A stretch of 64,000 nt of DNA from Diplonema japonicum (taxonomy: Eukaryota > Protista > Euglenozoa: Diplonemea): positions 434,001-498,000 of the forward strand of contig OZ025659.1 of NCBI GenBank assembly GCA_964019335.1, in the 5' to 3' direction. The notes under the pieces are model-generated. The model made no database searches. It saw only the letters and a list, made by a program, of their open reading frames with translations, and had not been told where the DNA came from. The position numbers and the translations under genes were made by a program. Positions 1 through 13,300 of this stretch are shown piece by piece (the stretch's first letter is position 1; the number at the start of each line of letters is the position of its first letter).

Positions 1-2
1 GT

Positions 3-641
3 ATTGTGTTCTTGGAATGCGCTGCAGGTGTGAAGGAAGGCGCACGCACAGGGCTGGCGTCCGTTGTAACAGGGTGCATGTTCCTCACCACAGTGGTTTT
101 GACACCAATCTTCCAGAACGTGCCTTTATGCGCGTCTGCAGGGCCGTTGGTGTTCATCGGGTGCCTTATGATGTCACATGTGGGCGAGATCGAATGGCAG
201 GACCTCAAACACGCACTGCCTGCATTCCTCACAATTCTCATGATGCCCTTCACATCCTCCATCACGCCGGGCATAGGGTTTGGGTTGGCTTTCTACGTGT
301 TGATTCGTGTTGTTGATTATGCACATGATGCTATCAGTGCGGTACTGTGCAGGCCTAAATGCGCGTTGCATGTTGCCACCGAAAAGGGGGATTTCAAGAA
401 GGTCAAAGATCTCTTGGTGAAGCACCCTGAGGCCCTTGACCACACGGATTCTAATGGGAATACCGCGCTTCATGTTGCAGTTCACCACAGTCAAATCTCC
501 ATCATCAGATGTCTTATGGAACACGGTGCGGACCTTGAAGCGGCGAACAACGACCTTCAAACACCGATGGACATTGCGCTCCACGTCTCGAAAGGCGGTA
601 TCTCACCCATCGTCAGGCTGTTGCAGAGTAAAATAAATTAA
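3..641 (+). CDS. 5'-truncated AzgA/NCS2-type purine permease C-terminal half fused to ankyrin repeats
   Basis: FLECAAGVKEGARTGLASVVTG and ALPAFLTILMMPFTSSITPGIGFG match AzgA-family motifs. They are followed by ankyrin consensus ALHVATEKGDFKKVKDLL, GNTALHVAVHHSQISIIRCLMEHGADLE and QTPMDIA. The frame is open to the window start. Confidence 0.85.
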   Translation: MVFLECAAGVKEGARTGLASVVTGCMFLTTVVLTPIFQNVPLCASAGPLVFIGCLMMSHVGEIEWQDLKHALPAFLTILMMPFTSSITPGIGFGLAFYVLIRVVDYAHDAISAVLCRPKCALHVATEKGDFKKVKDLLVKHPEALDHTDSNGNTALHVAVHHSQISIIRCLMEHGADLEAANNDLQTPMDIALHVSKGGISPIVRLLQSKIN

Positions 642-1405
642 TGGAAGGGGGTTTTTTTTTTTATAAAAGTGCGACATGAACAAGCATTTAAAAAAGGTGG
701 GAGGGGGAAATAATTTTTAAAAAAAAGAGAAAATTTTCCTCCTGAAGAGGTCAGGATTATATGGCGAGGGGAGGCTAAAAATGCACCCCCTCTTTCCCCC
801 CCTCTTAATTGCGTTCTTGGTTTATGGCTTTTTCTTTTTTTTTTTTTTGAAATTTTACAGCCATGCCTATCTGTTTTTAACGATCTGTTTTATTTTTTAT
901 TATTCTTTTGAAGAATCACCTTGCTATATATATATTTAAATATTTTTTTTTTATTCTGTGACCCCTATTTCTCTTTTTCTCATTCTTTTTTTTGTTCCCG
1001 TTTCAAAGAAAAAAAAAAAAGAAGAACGAGAAGGGAGGAGGCACAGCAAACTAAGCAAGTGGCAAGTGACCCCCCCGATATCAGATCTCTTTTTAATCCC
1101 TTGTGGAGGGGGGTGAGAAGAAAAAAAAAGAAACTATACATTTTCTATTTAAACAAAATAAAAAGCAAGAAGGGGAAAAAAGCTGATGGATGTCCCCCCC
1201 CCCCCCCCTAAAACACCCCTTTAAAAAACAAAGAAAATCCCCCCTTCTCCTGTCCTTCTGTGCAATTTTTTTTTCTTTTTTTCTCTTCTAAAAAGGTGGG
1301 TTGAAGCTTTCTTTTTATTCTTTTCCGTGGTGTTTGCTTTTTTTTTTTCTTTTTTTTTTTTTTCTGAAAAATCTCATAACCCTAAACTACAGAAAGCGGG
1401 GAGAA

Positions 1406-1648
1406 ATGGATATTCAAGATATTGAAATGGTTCAGCGGCGAGAGGAGGATGAGGCCATGGTTATGATGAAGGAAGATTATGAGAGTGAAGAAGAAATCAC
1501 AGGCAGGTCCATGGGTGTGAACCTTTCTGAGCTTGATAAAAAGTACGACACGTGCAATGCAGTGATGTTGGGGGTGAAAATATGCTGCTTCACAGTGTCC
1601 ATTGCTACGATAGCTGTGGTGGCTGTTTTTCGTTCGGAAGGGAACTGA
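1406..1648 (+). CDS. small (80 aa) acidic protein with a C-terminal hydrophobic segment, possibly tail-anchored
   Basis: ATG at 1406 opens a non-homopolymeric ORF MDIQDIEMVQ...ICCFTVSIATIAVVAVFRSEGN inside low-complexity flanks. Confidence 0.55.
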   Translation: MDIQDIEMVQRREEDEAMVMMKEDYESEEEITGRSMGVNLSELDKKYDTCNAVMLGVKICCFTVSIATIAVVAVFRSEGN

Positions 1649-1726
1649 GTGGGGGGGAAGAAGAAAAAAAAAGAGAGAGAACCAAACTGCAAGGGGACAA
1701 TCCTTCCTTTGGGTCTCTCGGTATTT

Positions 1727-1772
<46 letters not shown>

Positions 1773-2136
1773 ATGTAATACACAGAAAGGGGAACTCCCC
1801 TCCCCTCCCTTCGATTCACCCATTATTCCAAAGCTTTCACACATTTCTTTTTTCCCCTTGCTTGGCAAGGGAAACAAAAACAGTACAAAACAAAAAGTCG
1901 GGGGAACAAAGCTTTGTTCGGCCTCTGCAGCATGGATAAAACCCGGCTTTTGCACTTTTTTTTTATACGCCATATGCACCCCCCCCCCCCCACCACCACC
2001 ACACCATATCTAACTCCTCACAACTCCACCAAACTTCTTTTTGGGTAAAATGGCGTGCAAACCCACAAAGGGCGTCGCCGGCTTACGTAGTTTTTAAAAA
2101 AACTTTCTTACCCCCACCCATTACTGAATTTCAACA

Positions 2137-4806
2137 ATGTCATCCAAGGGAGATATGGAGGTTTCGAACTCCTCGTTCCTCTCTGACAGATGGGAAGAAG
2201 GCAACCGTGCATGGGAGGCTGAGGTCGACGGCGTGACGGGTGGCGGGAGGGTCAGGTTCGCCGCCGACAGAGAAGACGGGAGCGAAAGGGAAGAAGAAGA
2301 GGCCCTACTGCGAGAACTGGCCGCCGACTCCAGCACGGAACCCAACGAAGAAGAAGAAGATGAAGAAGACGCAACACCACTGGCTGTAGTGGGCAACGTC
2401 CCGATAAACATCCGTGCCATCTCCAACACAGAGCTCCTCAAGGTGACCCCGGAAGATCTCGCCATGGAGTTCGAAGAGCGAATCGCACAAGTAGGATGGG
2501 AACTAGACGAGGCACGCGATGCACAGATTGAAATAGAACGCAACTGGAACGCAAAATACAAGGAATTGATGGTAAAGTACGAGCTACAAGACACGGAACT
2601 CTCCACCTCCCGAGGCCACGTCCAGGAGCTGACCGAGAAAATATCGAACTACAAAAAAAACCTGTGGATGCAAGCGGTTGACATCGACACCATCAAGATG
2701 GTAGAAGACGAGGTGAAGGAAGCAGTAGCCGAACGAGAGAAGGATCTTTTAAACCTCCGCATAGTCAAAAACGAGGAGATAAGATTGATCAGACAGCACC
2801 ATCAACGGGATCTCGATGAAGTATCACAAGCTCTTATAACACGTCTTGAGGAATCCCACAGCTTTTTGAAACAAAAGCGTGCGTTGCTCCCGGACATGGA
2901 CGACGCTAGCGACGACGAAAATCCTTACAACAGCATAAAAACAGACGTGAATCACACAACGCTCGGCGACCCCATTCAAATCTTGAATCTTCTGAAAAAG
3001 GTCACAGGGAAACCGGTCCACGACATTGTGTACGGCGCTGAGAAAAACGCTGGTATTGATACCCCTCTTGCAGAGTATAAAGAAAGAGAGCTCAAGCTTG
3101 TCAATGATCACATTGGGAAGACCCCGGCAGAGGTATCGGACGAGAAGAAAAAAGATCTGGCCGAACGTTTCGAAAATGCGAGAAAACTCCGCGCGGACGT
3201 TTTAGAAAACCTCACCGGCGATCTCGCAAACCAATTCACGGAATATCACAAAACCGAAACAGAAAGGGAACACCGCGCAGTAGAGAATTTCGCCATAATC
3301 GACGTACTGGAAGACCCGATCTTTTCGGTTTTGCTGGAATCCTCAAGATTCGGCGAAAAATTTGAAAACGTAATCCGGGAAAACGAGTTGTTAAAATCCC
3401 GTCTCCACGTCATCGGTGGAACAAAAAGCTCCGGGCTGGGATTGAAAGAACTAGAAGACAGAAAGCTGGAGCTAAAAGACATGGTGGAAAAACTCGAAAC
3501 AACCGCAGAGAAGCTAAACCGTCAATGTGTCAAACTCGAAGAACAGAAAACCGATCTAAAAGGAATACGTAAAGAGATAGCAGACGAGATCCAATCGATG
3601 TCTGAAACAATTGGAGGCGGTATGACTGAAGAACTAGGCCGTGTCGTTGGGAGTGAAAGCGACAGCGATGACACAACTTCTATCAATGAAGAAGACAGTT
3701 TTGAAAACGATCATTTCAACCCTGAACACGAGCCTGTCCTGGACCAGATAGCCGGTGTCGAATTCCTAGTTGAAGAGCCCGAGGAGGAAACCAAAACCCA
3801 ACACGAGCTGGAACAAAAACAATTCGCCGCCACCATGCGCAAGGAAGCCCACGTTTCATCCCTAGTTGAACAAATCCTTCAATATCTTGAATGCGGGGCG
3901 ACGATCTACCGCGTTCAGTCCGGGCAGATCTCTAAGGACTTCGCATACCTCACCGGAAACCGGTCGGTTATCAATATCTGTCAGATTCAAGAGGGCAAAC
4001 CCAACAGAAAAGCCACCATCGAGCTGATCATGCTCAAGGATATCAAGTCGATACTGATGGGCCAGTACACAGAGGGTTACAAAAGATTCGTGAAGGAATA
4101 TAAGGAGAATAAGATAATAGATCCCAACGAGCTACACAAGGTATCATACTTATTTAAAAAAAAAAAAAGTAAAAATAAATTTAAAAAAAAAATCCAGGTA
4201 CCGAAAGAAAATGGTGACGGTATTGAAGTTTACAACACTGGGATGTATTTCTATCGGAGTATATCTCTGAGGATGAGGAAGGGGAAGGTATTTTTTTTTT
4301 TTGTTGTTTTTTTTTAACAGGTAACAAATCTTTTTTTTTTTTCCCTTCAGACGTTCAATTTCATAGCGAACACTGATAACGACTTTGAGACGTGGACGGT
4401 TGGGTTACACCGCATCACCACGTTGGTGCCGCGTTACGAAAAGGGGTTAGAAACCATACCTTTTATGAGGGGCTACGAGGTGCTGAACCCCGATGAAAAA
4501 GCCTTCTGCGAAACATCTCACACACCTCCTTTGCTGTACCTCAACGCCAAGATGCAATGCATGAAACAGGAGTACAAGCACTATCTAACCTTGTACGACG
4601 TCAGGACGCTTTCGGGGTTCGATCTGCTGCATTCTCAAAAGGTTTTCGAGCTCTGGTTGTTGATGAGCTGGCTCGAGAAACGTTTCGTGTACCAAATAAA
4701 ATACCTGGAGATTTTCCCAGAGGAGGCCAGCAACCTTGTTGCGGAAATCGATGCCGCGAGGCAGAAGGAGAGAAAACAAGAAACCGATAGACTGCTGCAC
4801 GCTTAG
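2137..4806 (+). CDS. large coiled-coil protein with C-terminal PH-like domain; introns 4141-4197 and 4288-4350
   Basis: Acidic/heptad-rich ORF. Removing the GT-AG introns joins it in frame to TFNFIANTDNDFETWTVGLHRI (PH-domain C-terminal helix pattern) and to ORF 4423-4806. Confidence 0.75.
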
Positions 4807-4923
4807 AGTTTTTGTATTCTTCCCTCTTTTTTTTTTTATCCTTTTTTTATTTTTCCCTCTCCAAAAAAAAAAGGGGGGAAAAAAAAAAAGGCCAAAAAAA
4901 AAAAAAATGTACAAAGACCTAAA

Positions 4924-7083
4924 ATGCCACCCACAACCTTTACAGTCTCTGCGGTAAGTTTTCTCTCGAAACTGAGGGATTGTGCAACATGCAAGGAGCT
5001 CCTTGCCCTCTCAAGACAGAAACACTCTTCTTCACGGCTGAACAACATGGAGATAGACCATCTGGTTGCCTTCGGGATCAAAAAACTGGAGGACCCCCGC
5101 GAGACACCTGACTTTAAAGAAATCATGGACGACATCTGGACCCGCTACGGGAAGGAACTTGACAAGTACCAACCGAGAAACGTAGCATCGATTCTCCGCG
5201 GCTTCATCGCGGTGAAGCATAAAAAGACAACAGAGGCATGGGAACAAGGTGTCAAGGGGATACAACGAAACGGCGTGAAATTCCTCGCAACTGAAACAAC
5301 AGGGTCGCTGCTCAGCATCGGCGCCGATCTAAACCGACAGGAGTTTCTGGGCATGGTCTGCGAAGATTTCAGCGTGAAATCCTTTCGGTACGAAACACAT
5401 CTTCCATCAGTTTTGATTTCCTTTTTACGAGTCGTCGCGCTGGCGCAATCAACACCGCATACCCACAACCGTATTTTCGAGAAAATCTCAAAATACATAT
5501 CTAAACGCCAATTTCGAAAACTGAACCCGTCTCGTCAGGGTTTGTTCCTATGGTGCCAGGCTAAGTCGAACCTCGAATCGGGGCGAGCCATCTTGAAACA
5601 CCTCGCGCCGATGGTTGCAGGTTACATCGTGAACAACTATAAAGCAAAGGATTTCTCGCTGGTTCTTTGGGCGTACGCGACCGCAATGATCGTTTCAAGA
5701 GAGCTTCTTGACAAGTCCGAGTTGTACATCAAACTGACAAATTTGTCAAAATTTGAAGGGCAATCACTGTCGATGGCGCTGTGGGGGTGGAGGACGCTAA
5801 ACCCTGAAAAGGAAGAACTACTACAAACCGCTGTCATGGAGAAGTCAAAACACAAGCAAGGCCGGGGGCTGGGGACCATCGCCCTGTCCGTTTCAAGCAA
5901 ACGCAAAGGGGACTGCAAGAATTCTGACCAAGTGATGCAAAACACCATTTCGCAGGTTTCCGACAACACCCCTATGAAAGAGCTCTCCATGATCATACAT
6001 GCCATGAGCAAGGCAGGCTGGGATGTGACTGTCTTCACAGACATCATAAAATCCCGATGGGACGAAGTATCAGGACAAACCCTTGCACAAATTGTTACAG
6101 CGTTCTCTCGAACAACAGACACGACCATCATAAACAGTCTCAACGACAAGGTGTCGGTCGATACGCTTCGGACCATGTCCTTGCATGACATCCAAGTGGT
6201 CTTGCTGGCCTTGGCATCGATGAAAAAGGCGGACTCAAAATGGTTCCAGCTCTCTGAGCATCACACCGAACACTTGTTTTCGTCTCTCTCCCCCTCAAAC
6301 CTGCGCCACGCCTCTCTCGTACTGTGGGCCTGCATCAAGGCTAAAGTAACCTCTTCTCCTCTAATCGACATGGTTGAGGAGTATTATGTGAAATACGGGC
6401 TGCAACCGAACGTCAATGTGCTTCCTTTAACCGAGTACAGCGCTGTGGTGTCTAGTATGATCAAGCTTCACGTGAGCAGTACCCGTTTGCTGAACTTAGT
6501 AAACATGAAAATACTTTCTGTGACCAGCGCGACGAGGAGACATCCAAACTTCGCGAAGGATGTAGCGGACCTCTTGGTGTCTTGTAGGTTGGCCAAGTTC
6601 AAAAGCGGCAGCAACATAGTTAAAGCCGCCATGGAATGCGATATAGAAAAGCTTGGGTTTCAAGAAATCGCGAGGCTGGCCTCCAGTTTGGTGGCGGTCG
6701 GGAAGATTTCCAGTGCAACGCTGCGACGCGTGGAGACAGCCGTTCTTAATGAAACCTGGCCGAGAACACCAATCCGGGCAGAGGCGCTCACATTGCTCTG
6801 CAAAGATCTCATTAAACACGGCTACGGCGGATATAAGGGGATCTACTTCAAGCTGCGTTCCTTCATCATGGGGAACGACCTGCTTAAACAGCTTAGCACA
6901 AAGGGGATCGTCAACTTTGTGACTGTACTGAGCACAACTTCACTGTTGACACCCGAGAACACGTCGAAATGCGAAGAAGCAGTCAAACAGAAAGAGGACA
7001 GGTTTACAAGAAACGAAATCAAAGCCATTTCAAAGATGCTCAAGAGAAGCGGGGAAGTCGTAACTGCTGCTGCAGAACGTTGA
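4924..7083 (+). CDS. helical-repeat (OPR/FASTK-like) putative organellar RNA-binding protein
   Basis: 719-aa ORF with recurring roughly 37-39 aa motifs such as DFSLVLWAYATA, QSLSMALWGW, ELSMIIHAMSKAG and QTLAQIVTAFS. The N-terminus is basic and Ser-rich. Confidence 0.6.
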   Translation: MPPTTFTVSAVSFLSKLRDCATCKELLALSRQKHSSSRLNNMEIDHLVAFGIKKLEDPRETPDFKEIMDDIWTRYGKELDKYQPRNVASILRGFIAVKHKKTTEAWEQGVKGIQRNGVKFLATETTGSLLSIGADLNRQEFLGMVCEDFSVKSFRYETHLPSVLISFLRVVALAQSTPHTHNRIFEKISKYISKRQFRKLNPSRQGLFLWCQAKSNLESGRAILKHLAPMVAGYIVNNYKAKDFSLVLWAYATAMIVSRELLDKSELYIKLTNLSKFEGQSLSMALWGWRTLNPEKEELLQTAVMEKSKHKQGRGLGTIALSVSSKRKGDCKNSDQVMQNTISQVSDNTPMKELSMIIHAMSKAGWDVTVFTDIIKSRWDEVSGQTLAQIVTAFSRTTDTTIINSLNDKVSVDTLRTMSLHDIQVVLLALASMKKADSKWFQLSEHHTEHLFSSLSPSNLRHASLVLWACIKAKVTSSPLIDMVEEYYVKYGLQPNVNVLPLTEYSAVVSSMIKLHVSSTRLLNLVNMKILSVTSATRRHPNFAKDVADLLVSCRLAKFKSGSNIVKAAMECDIEKLGFQEIARLASSLVAVGKISSATLRRVETAVLNETWPRTPIRAEALTLLCKDLIKHGYGGYKGIYFKLRSFIMGNDLLKQLSTKGIVNFVTVLSTTSLLTPENTSKCEEAVKQKEDRFTRNEIKAISKMLKRSGEVVTAAAER

Positions 7084-7213
7084 AGGAAAAAAAAAAAAAA
7101 AAAAAAGAAGAAGAAGAAAAAATCTGTATTCCCCCTCCTGTAACTCTCTAAAATAAACTTTGGAAAAAAAAAAAAAAAAGGCGGGGGGTTGGATTTTTTT
7201 TACATAAAAGAAT

Positions 7214-7477
7214 ATGAAGGCAACGGCGGTGCTGTTGGCAAAGGAGCGGAGGTCGTGGCTGACACGGTGGAAACACCGCATGATGCTCAAGGTCTACCAG
7301 AACTACTGGTCGCTGTCGCCGGAACTGAACCACACCTTCGACACGAGCAGAGATTTCATGTTGCAAAGAATGGACACCACCGAGGGTGAGGCACAGGCGG
7401 GGAAGTATGTTACGTCGGAAATGAACCAGTTCGACGCTTCCTTCAAGGCAAATTCGTATGCTGAAAAAAACAACAAC

Positions 7478-7513
<36 letters not shown>

Positions 7514-8116
7514 CAGAGTTGTTTCGAAATCTCGAGTGATCAGTATGACTCCCATGGAGGCATACGAATCAGGTCAGAAACCCGCCCCCGGTGAGATGCA
7601 ATTCGTTCTTCCGAGAAAATGCACTTTCTACGATGCGGACACAAAATCCACACGATTCACAGTAGCACCGTTCTGGTGGAACATGATTCCCGGTGATGAA
7701 GGTCTTCAGGTAGACACGGCGTCGTACTACACTGGTGACGGGACGAGACAGGTGTTGGAGCCCACCATTGATAACATGCTACACGGGGACAACAAAGGCG
7801 AGACGTTCCTCCCCGCCACACCCGAGGAGGCTGCTGAGCTTGAAGCCGAGCAGAAATACGAGCGAGATGTTCGCAATTCCATGATGAAAGCTGTCGCAGA
7901 CCTCAACATAGTAGAGGTCCCCCCTTACTACATTATGGGCCAACGTACTTGGAACAATGTGATGCCTTGGTATGCGTGGGAAAAAAAAAAAAAAAAAAAA
8001 ACAACAAAAAAAAAAAAAAAAGGTACAAAGCGAAAGCCGCGAAAGGCACCCTCACACAGCAGGAAGAGAGCTCTCAGTCTTGGGACATGCTCGTCGCATG
8101 GAAGGACAAGGCGTAG
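7214..8116 (+). CDS. hypothetical protein, probably mitochondrial; introns 7456-7516 and 7970-8022
   Basis: Two GTATG...AG poly(A) introns join three ORF pieces in frame, ending WDMLVAWKDKA*. The N-terminus MKATAVLLAKERRSW resembles a short presequence. Confidence 0.7.
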
Positions 8117-8704
8117 AAAAGGTGGGATTGGGAGGGGGTTTTTTTTTCTTTGGTCCTGTAGTGTGTGTTTTTTTTTTTTTTTTATCCGGAAGTGTGTTGT
8201 GACTTTTTTTTATTTGGAAGAAATGTGGGGATGGGGGACAGATGGAGTGTAAAAGAGTAAAAGGTCGCTTGATATTCTTTTGTGAAAGGGTAGAGGAGGG
8301 GCAGAAGGGGTACCTACTACCACGTTATTCATTTCTCATTATTTTTTTTATATAATTCCTCTGCTGTTCTCACACCTCCCTCGCCCTTTCCTTGGGTGCT
8401 TACTCAAAGAAGAGAAAAAAAAGAAAAAAGAGACTTTGCTCTCTCGTAGTTTTTTTCTTTTTTCCATATGTTCCTTCCTTGTCCCCCCCCTTTCCATTCT
8501 CTTCCAGAATTAAGAAAAAAAAAACGATCAAGAAAATGTAAAATTCTTTTTATTTTTATTTTTTTTGTCCTCTTTATTTTTTTTTCCCCTTCTATTCCCC
8601 CCTTCTTTCTATTGTTTCATCTTTCAAGTTGGTCCGCTCCCTTTAAAAAACCCCCCCTCATTTAACAAACAGAGTACACAAGAAAGGGGAGAAGAAGAGA
8701 AAAA

Positions 8705-10339
8705 ATGGAAGCAATGGTGCAAGGAAGTGCAGTGAAACAAGTAAAACTGCAACTCCTGTCGCAGGTGTGCGCGTCCTTGATCAAGGAGCCCAACTACAAC
8801 GAACTGAACTCCGTAACAGGGAGGATCAAAGAGCTGGTGGAAAAGCTCTCGACCACAAACCCAGAGTTCATCCTGAAGCTTGCGCTGTACTTGAGGTCAG
8901 ATCTTAACATCAGAGGGACAGCTAACTTTATCGCAGCTCTTGCATCCACCATCCCTTCATGCATGCCCTATCTGAGAGCATACATACCAAAAATCGTCAA
9001 TCTCCCAACGGACTGGGTTCAAATCGCTCAAATGGCGCAGGGCATCCTTCAGAACCGCGTGCTCTGTTCGGAAGGGTCACCCGATATTAAGGGGCTTCCC
9101 ACGTCTCTTAGAAAAGCTTTAAAAGACAAGTTCCCGGAGTTCTCGGAGTACCAGCTGGCCAAGCACAACAAGGAGAACGCGATGCTGAGGAAAAACAGGA
9201 AGCAACGCCTTGCGAAACGCAAACGTGGTGAGGATGAGAATGATCCCGATGACGACGACGATGATAGTCTAAAGCAGTTCACTCTAAAGCGGCTGATCCG
9301 GATGCTGCACATCTCCGAGCCTGCCTACCACGTCATGTGCATTACCGGGCAGCGGTACCCCGAGAACGAGGAAGCATTCAAGTCTTCAAACTTGCAAGAA
9401 ACTCTTGCCTTTGAGCCCGAACGTGCCTCGAAGCGAATGCGCCTTGCTATCCCCGCCACGTGGGAAGTCCAGCTCTCCGAGAAGGGCAACACCTCGGCGT
9501 CGTGGGAAGCACTCCTCGACATGTCCCCGCCGCTCCCCTTCATGGCCATGCTGCGCAACATCAGGAACTTCATCCTCACAGGTATCACACCTGAACATCA
9601 TAAGAAAGTCCTTGACCGTCTACGCAACCCCGACCAGGTCGCCAACTCCCGTCTCTTCCCCTTCCGCTTCTTCTCCGCCTACGAAGCCATCCGTATCGAC
9701 CTCTCCACCATTTTCCGACCGCCAGCAGATCCAAAAGGCGGGAAGAAGGGTGGTAAAAAAGGAGGAAAAGGCTCCAAGGGTGGCAAAGGCAAAGGTGGCA
9801 AAGGAAACGAGCCCGAAGTATGGAGGAAACCTGCGAAGGTATTTGTTCCCACGGTGATGCCCACCACCAGCACGCTGACCGATTACCAAGAGGCGTTAGA
9901 CTGCGCTGTGAAGCACGCGACAGTGCACAACATCAAACCCATCTACGGGCGGACCGTCGTCATGTGCAACGTGAAGGAGAGTTTGAACTCCCCAGTGACA
10001 GCATCGGGTGCAAAGAATGTAGGATCAGTACGAACCATGCGTGAGGTGGCCCTCCTAATGGCGCTCATGTTCAAATATTCGTGTGAGGAGTGCGAGCTTC
10101 GCCTGTACGACTCCGAGACAGGCCAGTCGAAGACAGTCACGTCCCTCCAGGTATGCTGAAGACGACTACAGCCCACCACATCCACAGGACGGCACCATTC
10201 TGAAGAACATGCAGCACATCAATGACACCGTGGCGGAAATGCACCAGAAGGCGGTGGCAAACCCCGATGCAAAGGGGATGAAATTCCCGTTCGATTTGCT
10301 CAACAACGTGCTGAGGGACGAGGTGTGGCTCTACACGGG

Positions 10340-10374
<35 letters not shown>

Positions 10375-13300
10375 AGAAATGGATCGACAACATGGTTGTG
10401 GTGGACGACATCGCTGTGGGCGAGCAGGGCGACAACCTCACGGGGCACAACCCCTTGAAGACGGGTGGGGTGTCAGACTTCCTGACCAAGATACGCCAGA
10501 CGATCAACCCCGACATGCTATACGTGTCTGTGGACATCAACGGGGGCACCATGTGCAAGCTGCCAAAGGACAAGCAGAACGATGTCTACATGACCGGGTT
10601 CTCCGATTCCATTCTGCGATTCGTGGCTGAGCGCGGCTCTGGGCAGCTTGACTACGTGGAGCGTATCGACGAGGTGAAAAAGGTGAACAAGCAAAAGGTG
10701 AATTTCGAGTGCCTCGCTTCGCAGCATTCGACGGAGTACGAAACTGCAATGAGTGTTGATGATGAGGAGGAGGAGGAGGAAGAGGAAGAAGAAGACGAGG
10801 AAGATGAGGAAGAGTATGAGACCGAGACGCAGACCGGCACCAAGGCACTGTCCACGATCGGTGCCTCTACCCTAGCCCCGTTGCCGATCGGCGGTTGGTC
10901 TCATATCCGAGTCTTCATCTCGTCGACATTTGCAGACATGCAAAGCGAGAGACAGGTCATATCCGACACTGTGTTCCCCATGTTGCGAAAGTGGTGCCAT
11001 GCAAAAGGGCTCCGTGTGCATCTTACCGAAATCGATCTGCGATGGGGCATCACATCTACCGACGCAGCCCACGGCCTCTCTACCACCCTTTGTCTCAATG
11101 AGGTCGAACGCTGCAAGCCGTTCTTCATCGGGCTCGTGGGCGATCGCTACGGGCATTGTCCGTCGTCTTACGAGGTATGTCAATACATGTTCAATGGTAG
11201 CAACAACACTCAAGGCCAAGCCCGATGCCATCAATTCGAAAGCAAAAGGCTCGTCCCACGTCTTCGACTGGCTCAAAGACTGTCCTCCAGGCAAATCCGT
11301 AACAGAGCTCGAGATGATGCACGGTGCCCTCGGCATCGACCCCTCGGCACACGCCTTCTTCTACGTCAGAAACCAGCAAGCGCTGCTCCCTACTGTGCCT
11401 GCTAAGTTCAAGTATGTCAATATTGCTATTGTCACATCTTTTTTTGCGCAGGGCGTCATTCGCTTCGGAGTCGCCTGCCAAACAGACACAAGTCGACAGC
11501 TTGAAAGACTTGATCGTTCAGAAGGCTGCCGACGGCACCGTGGTCATGCGAAAGTACAACGCAAAGTGCAAGGTCGACGCACCTGAGCTAGTAGGGCTTG
11601 ATGGCTTTGCAAAGCAGATGACCACTGACCTCTGGCATGCCATCTCCAGCACGTGCAGCCCTGATGAGGACGATGAAGAAGAGGACGAGCTGCAGCTGTG
11701 GAGGTCTTACCACGACCAGGTGGTTCAAACGAAGGCGGCAAGGTTCGCAGGGCGGAGAGAGCTTCTGAAGACCGCTCTGGCTTGGGCAAACGGGATGCCA
11801 CATGACAACAGTGACCCTGGGATGGCCCTCGTGAGCGGTGAGGAAGGCACTGGTAAGTCGAGCTGCATGGCAGCTATTTCGAAGAAGTTGCAGAAGATGG
11901 GAACTGCTGTCGTGCTGACTCACTTTGTGGGGGCTTCACCTGGTTCGACCTCTGCCCACCACCTACTGTCGAGGATGGCAAAGGAATTTGCGAACATGCT
12001 AGGCGAGCCGTCACCGCCGGACACCTTTGCCGAGCTCCTCCTTGCCTTCCCCGTGCTTCTCAAGAAGCTCTCCTCCAACACACAGGTCATAGTGGTCTAT
12101 GACGGGCTTGAGCAGCTGGAACCGCATGACCAGGCAATGGCCATGCTCCCTGTGATCCTCCCTACAAGGCGCACAGCGTCGCAGATAAGGTTCCTCACAT
12201 CAGTGACGCATAGGTCCCCTTTCTTTAACGCGCTGTCGAAGAGGTCCCTGCCCCCGTATGTGATGGCTATACAAGACCTGGCTGCGCCTGAAAGGAAGGA
12301 GATCATCAGGAAGACCTTGATGCAGTACGGAAAGAAGTTCGAGGAGCGTGCAAAGAAGGGCAATGCTATGGGACCCCTTGCCAGGAAGATTGACGCCAAG
12401 TCGCCCGAATACCTTGCCATTGCACTGGAGCACATCCGTGTTCATGCTACACACGATACGCTTGTTAACAGCGTGCGCGACCTCCCCGCTACCCTTGCAA
12501 AGCTCCTCGAGTACCTCCTCGGCATGTGCGAAAGCCGATGCAGTAAGATCTGCGTCTCTGCGGTTCTAAGTGCACTTGCCATTTCACAGCCTGTCGGAGG
12601 TCTCAACGAGACCCAGTTGAGGGACTTCACGCACCAGCCGGCGTCTTACATCACACAGATTATCACCTTGATTGCGAGCCTCGTACGGTACGACAGCACT
12701 ACAGGGTGCTACAGCCTTGCCTCCACAGCTTTCCTGAAGGCCATCAAGAAGAAATACTGCAGCTCTGCAGCCGAAATTACGTCTGTGCACAAGAAACTTG
12801 TTATCTTCCATCTGACCGGGCAGGCGCCTGTGGGGACGTCGCGTGGCTACGGGACGGGTGCTACATTGGAGAAGGTTGAGTGGGGCAATCTGAGCTGCAG
12901 TGCGACGCGTGCCCTGATGCACCATGCCGTGCTGGGACAGGCGTGGGATGTGCTAGGGCTCATGCTGACGGATCTTGAATTTGTTGAGCACGCTGCCTCA
13001 TTGGGTTTGACGCTTGACGTGCTGGGGACTATGAACACAACCGTCGAATCTGGTAAACACCTTGCCAGGAAGCTGGACTCTTTCAAGGAGTACATAGAAG
13101 CCAACGCGCACCTGTTGCAGCGGTACCCGCAAGTCGCCCAGCAAGCAGCTTACAACTCTGTCGACAAGGAAGGCCCTGCAAATTCCGCACACAAATTAGA
13201 GCCAAAAGTGCCATGGTTCCAACACGTCAACAAAGAGGGTGACGCCCCGTTATGCACGCGCACCCAACAGTCCTCAGCTGCAGTTGTCGCCGTAGCCCTC

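Noticed and set aside
921-2013. Poly-Lys/Phe/Pro ORFs here and in most spacers (also N-terminal extensions of ORFs 15957, 19661, 21474, 23785, 25376, 37207, 56273, 58601)
   Set aside because: Translations of A/T/C homopolymer spacers. The true starts are downstream ATGs.
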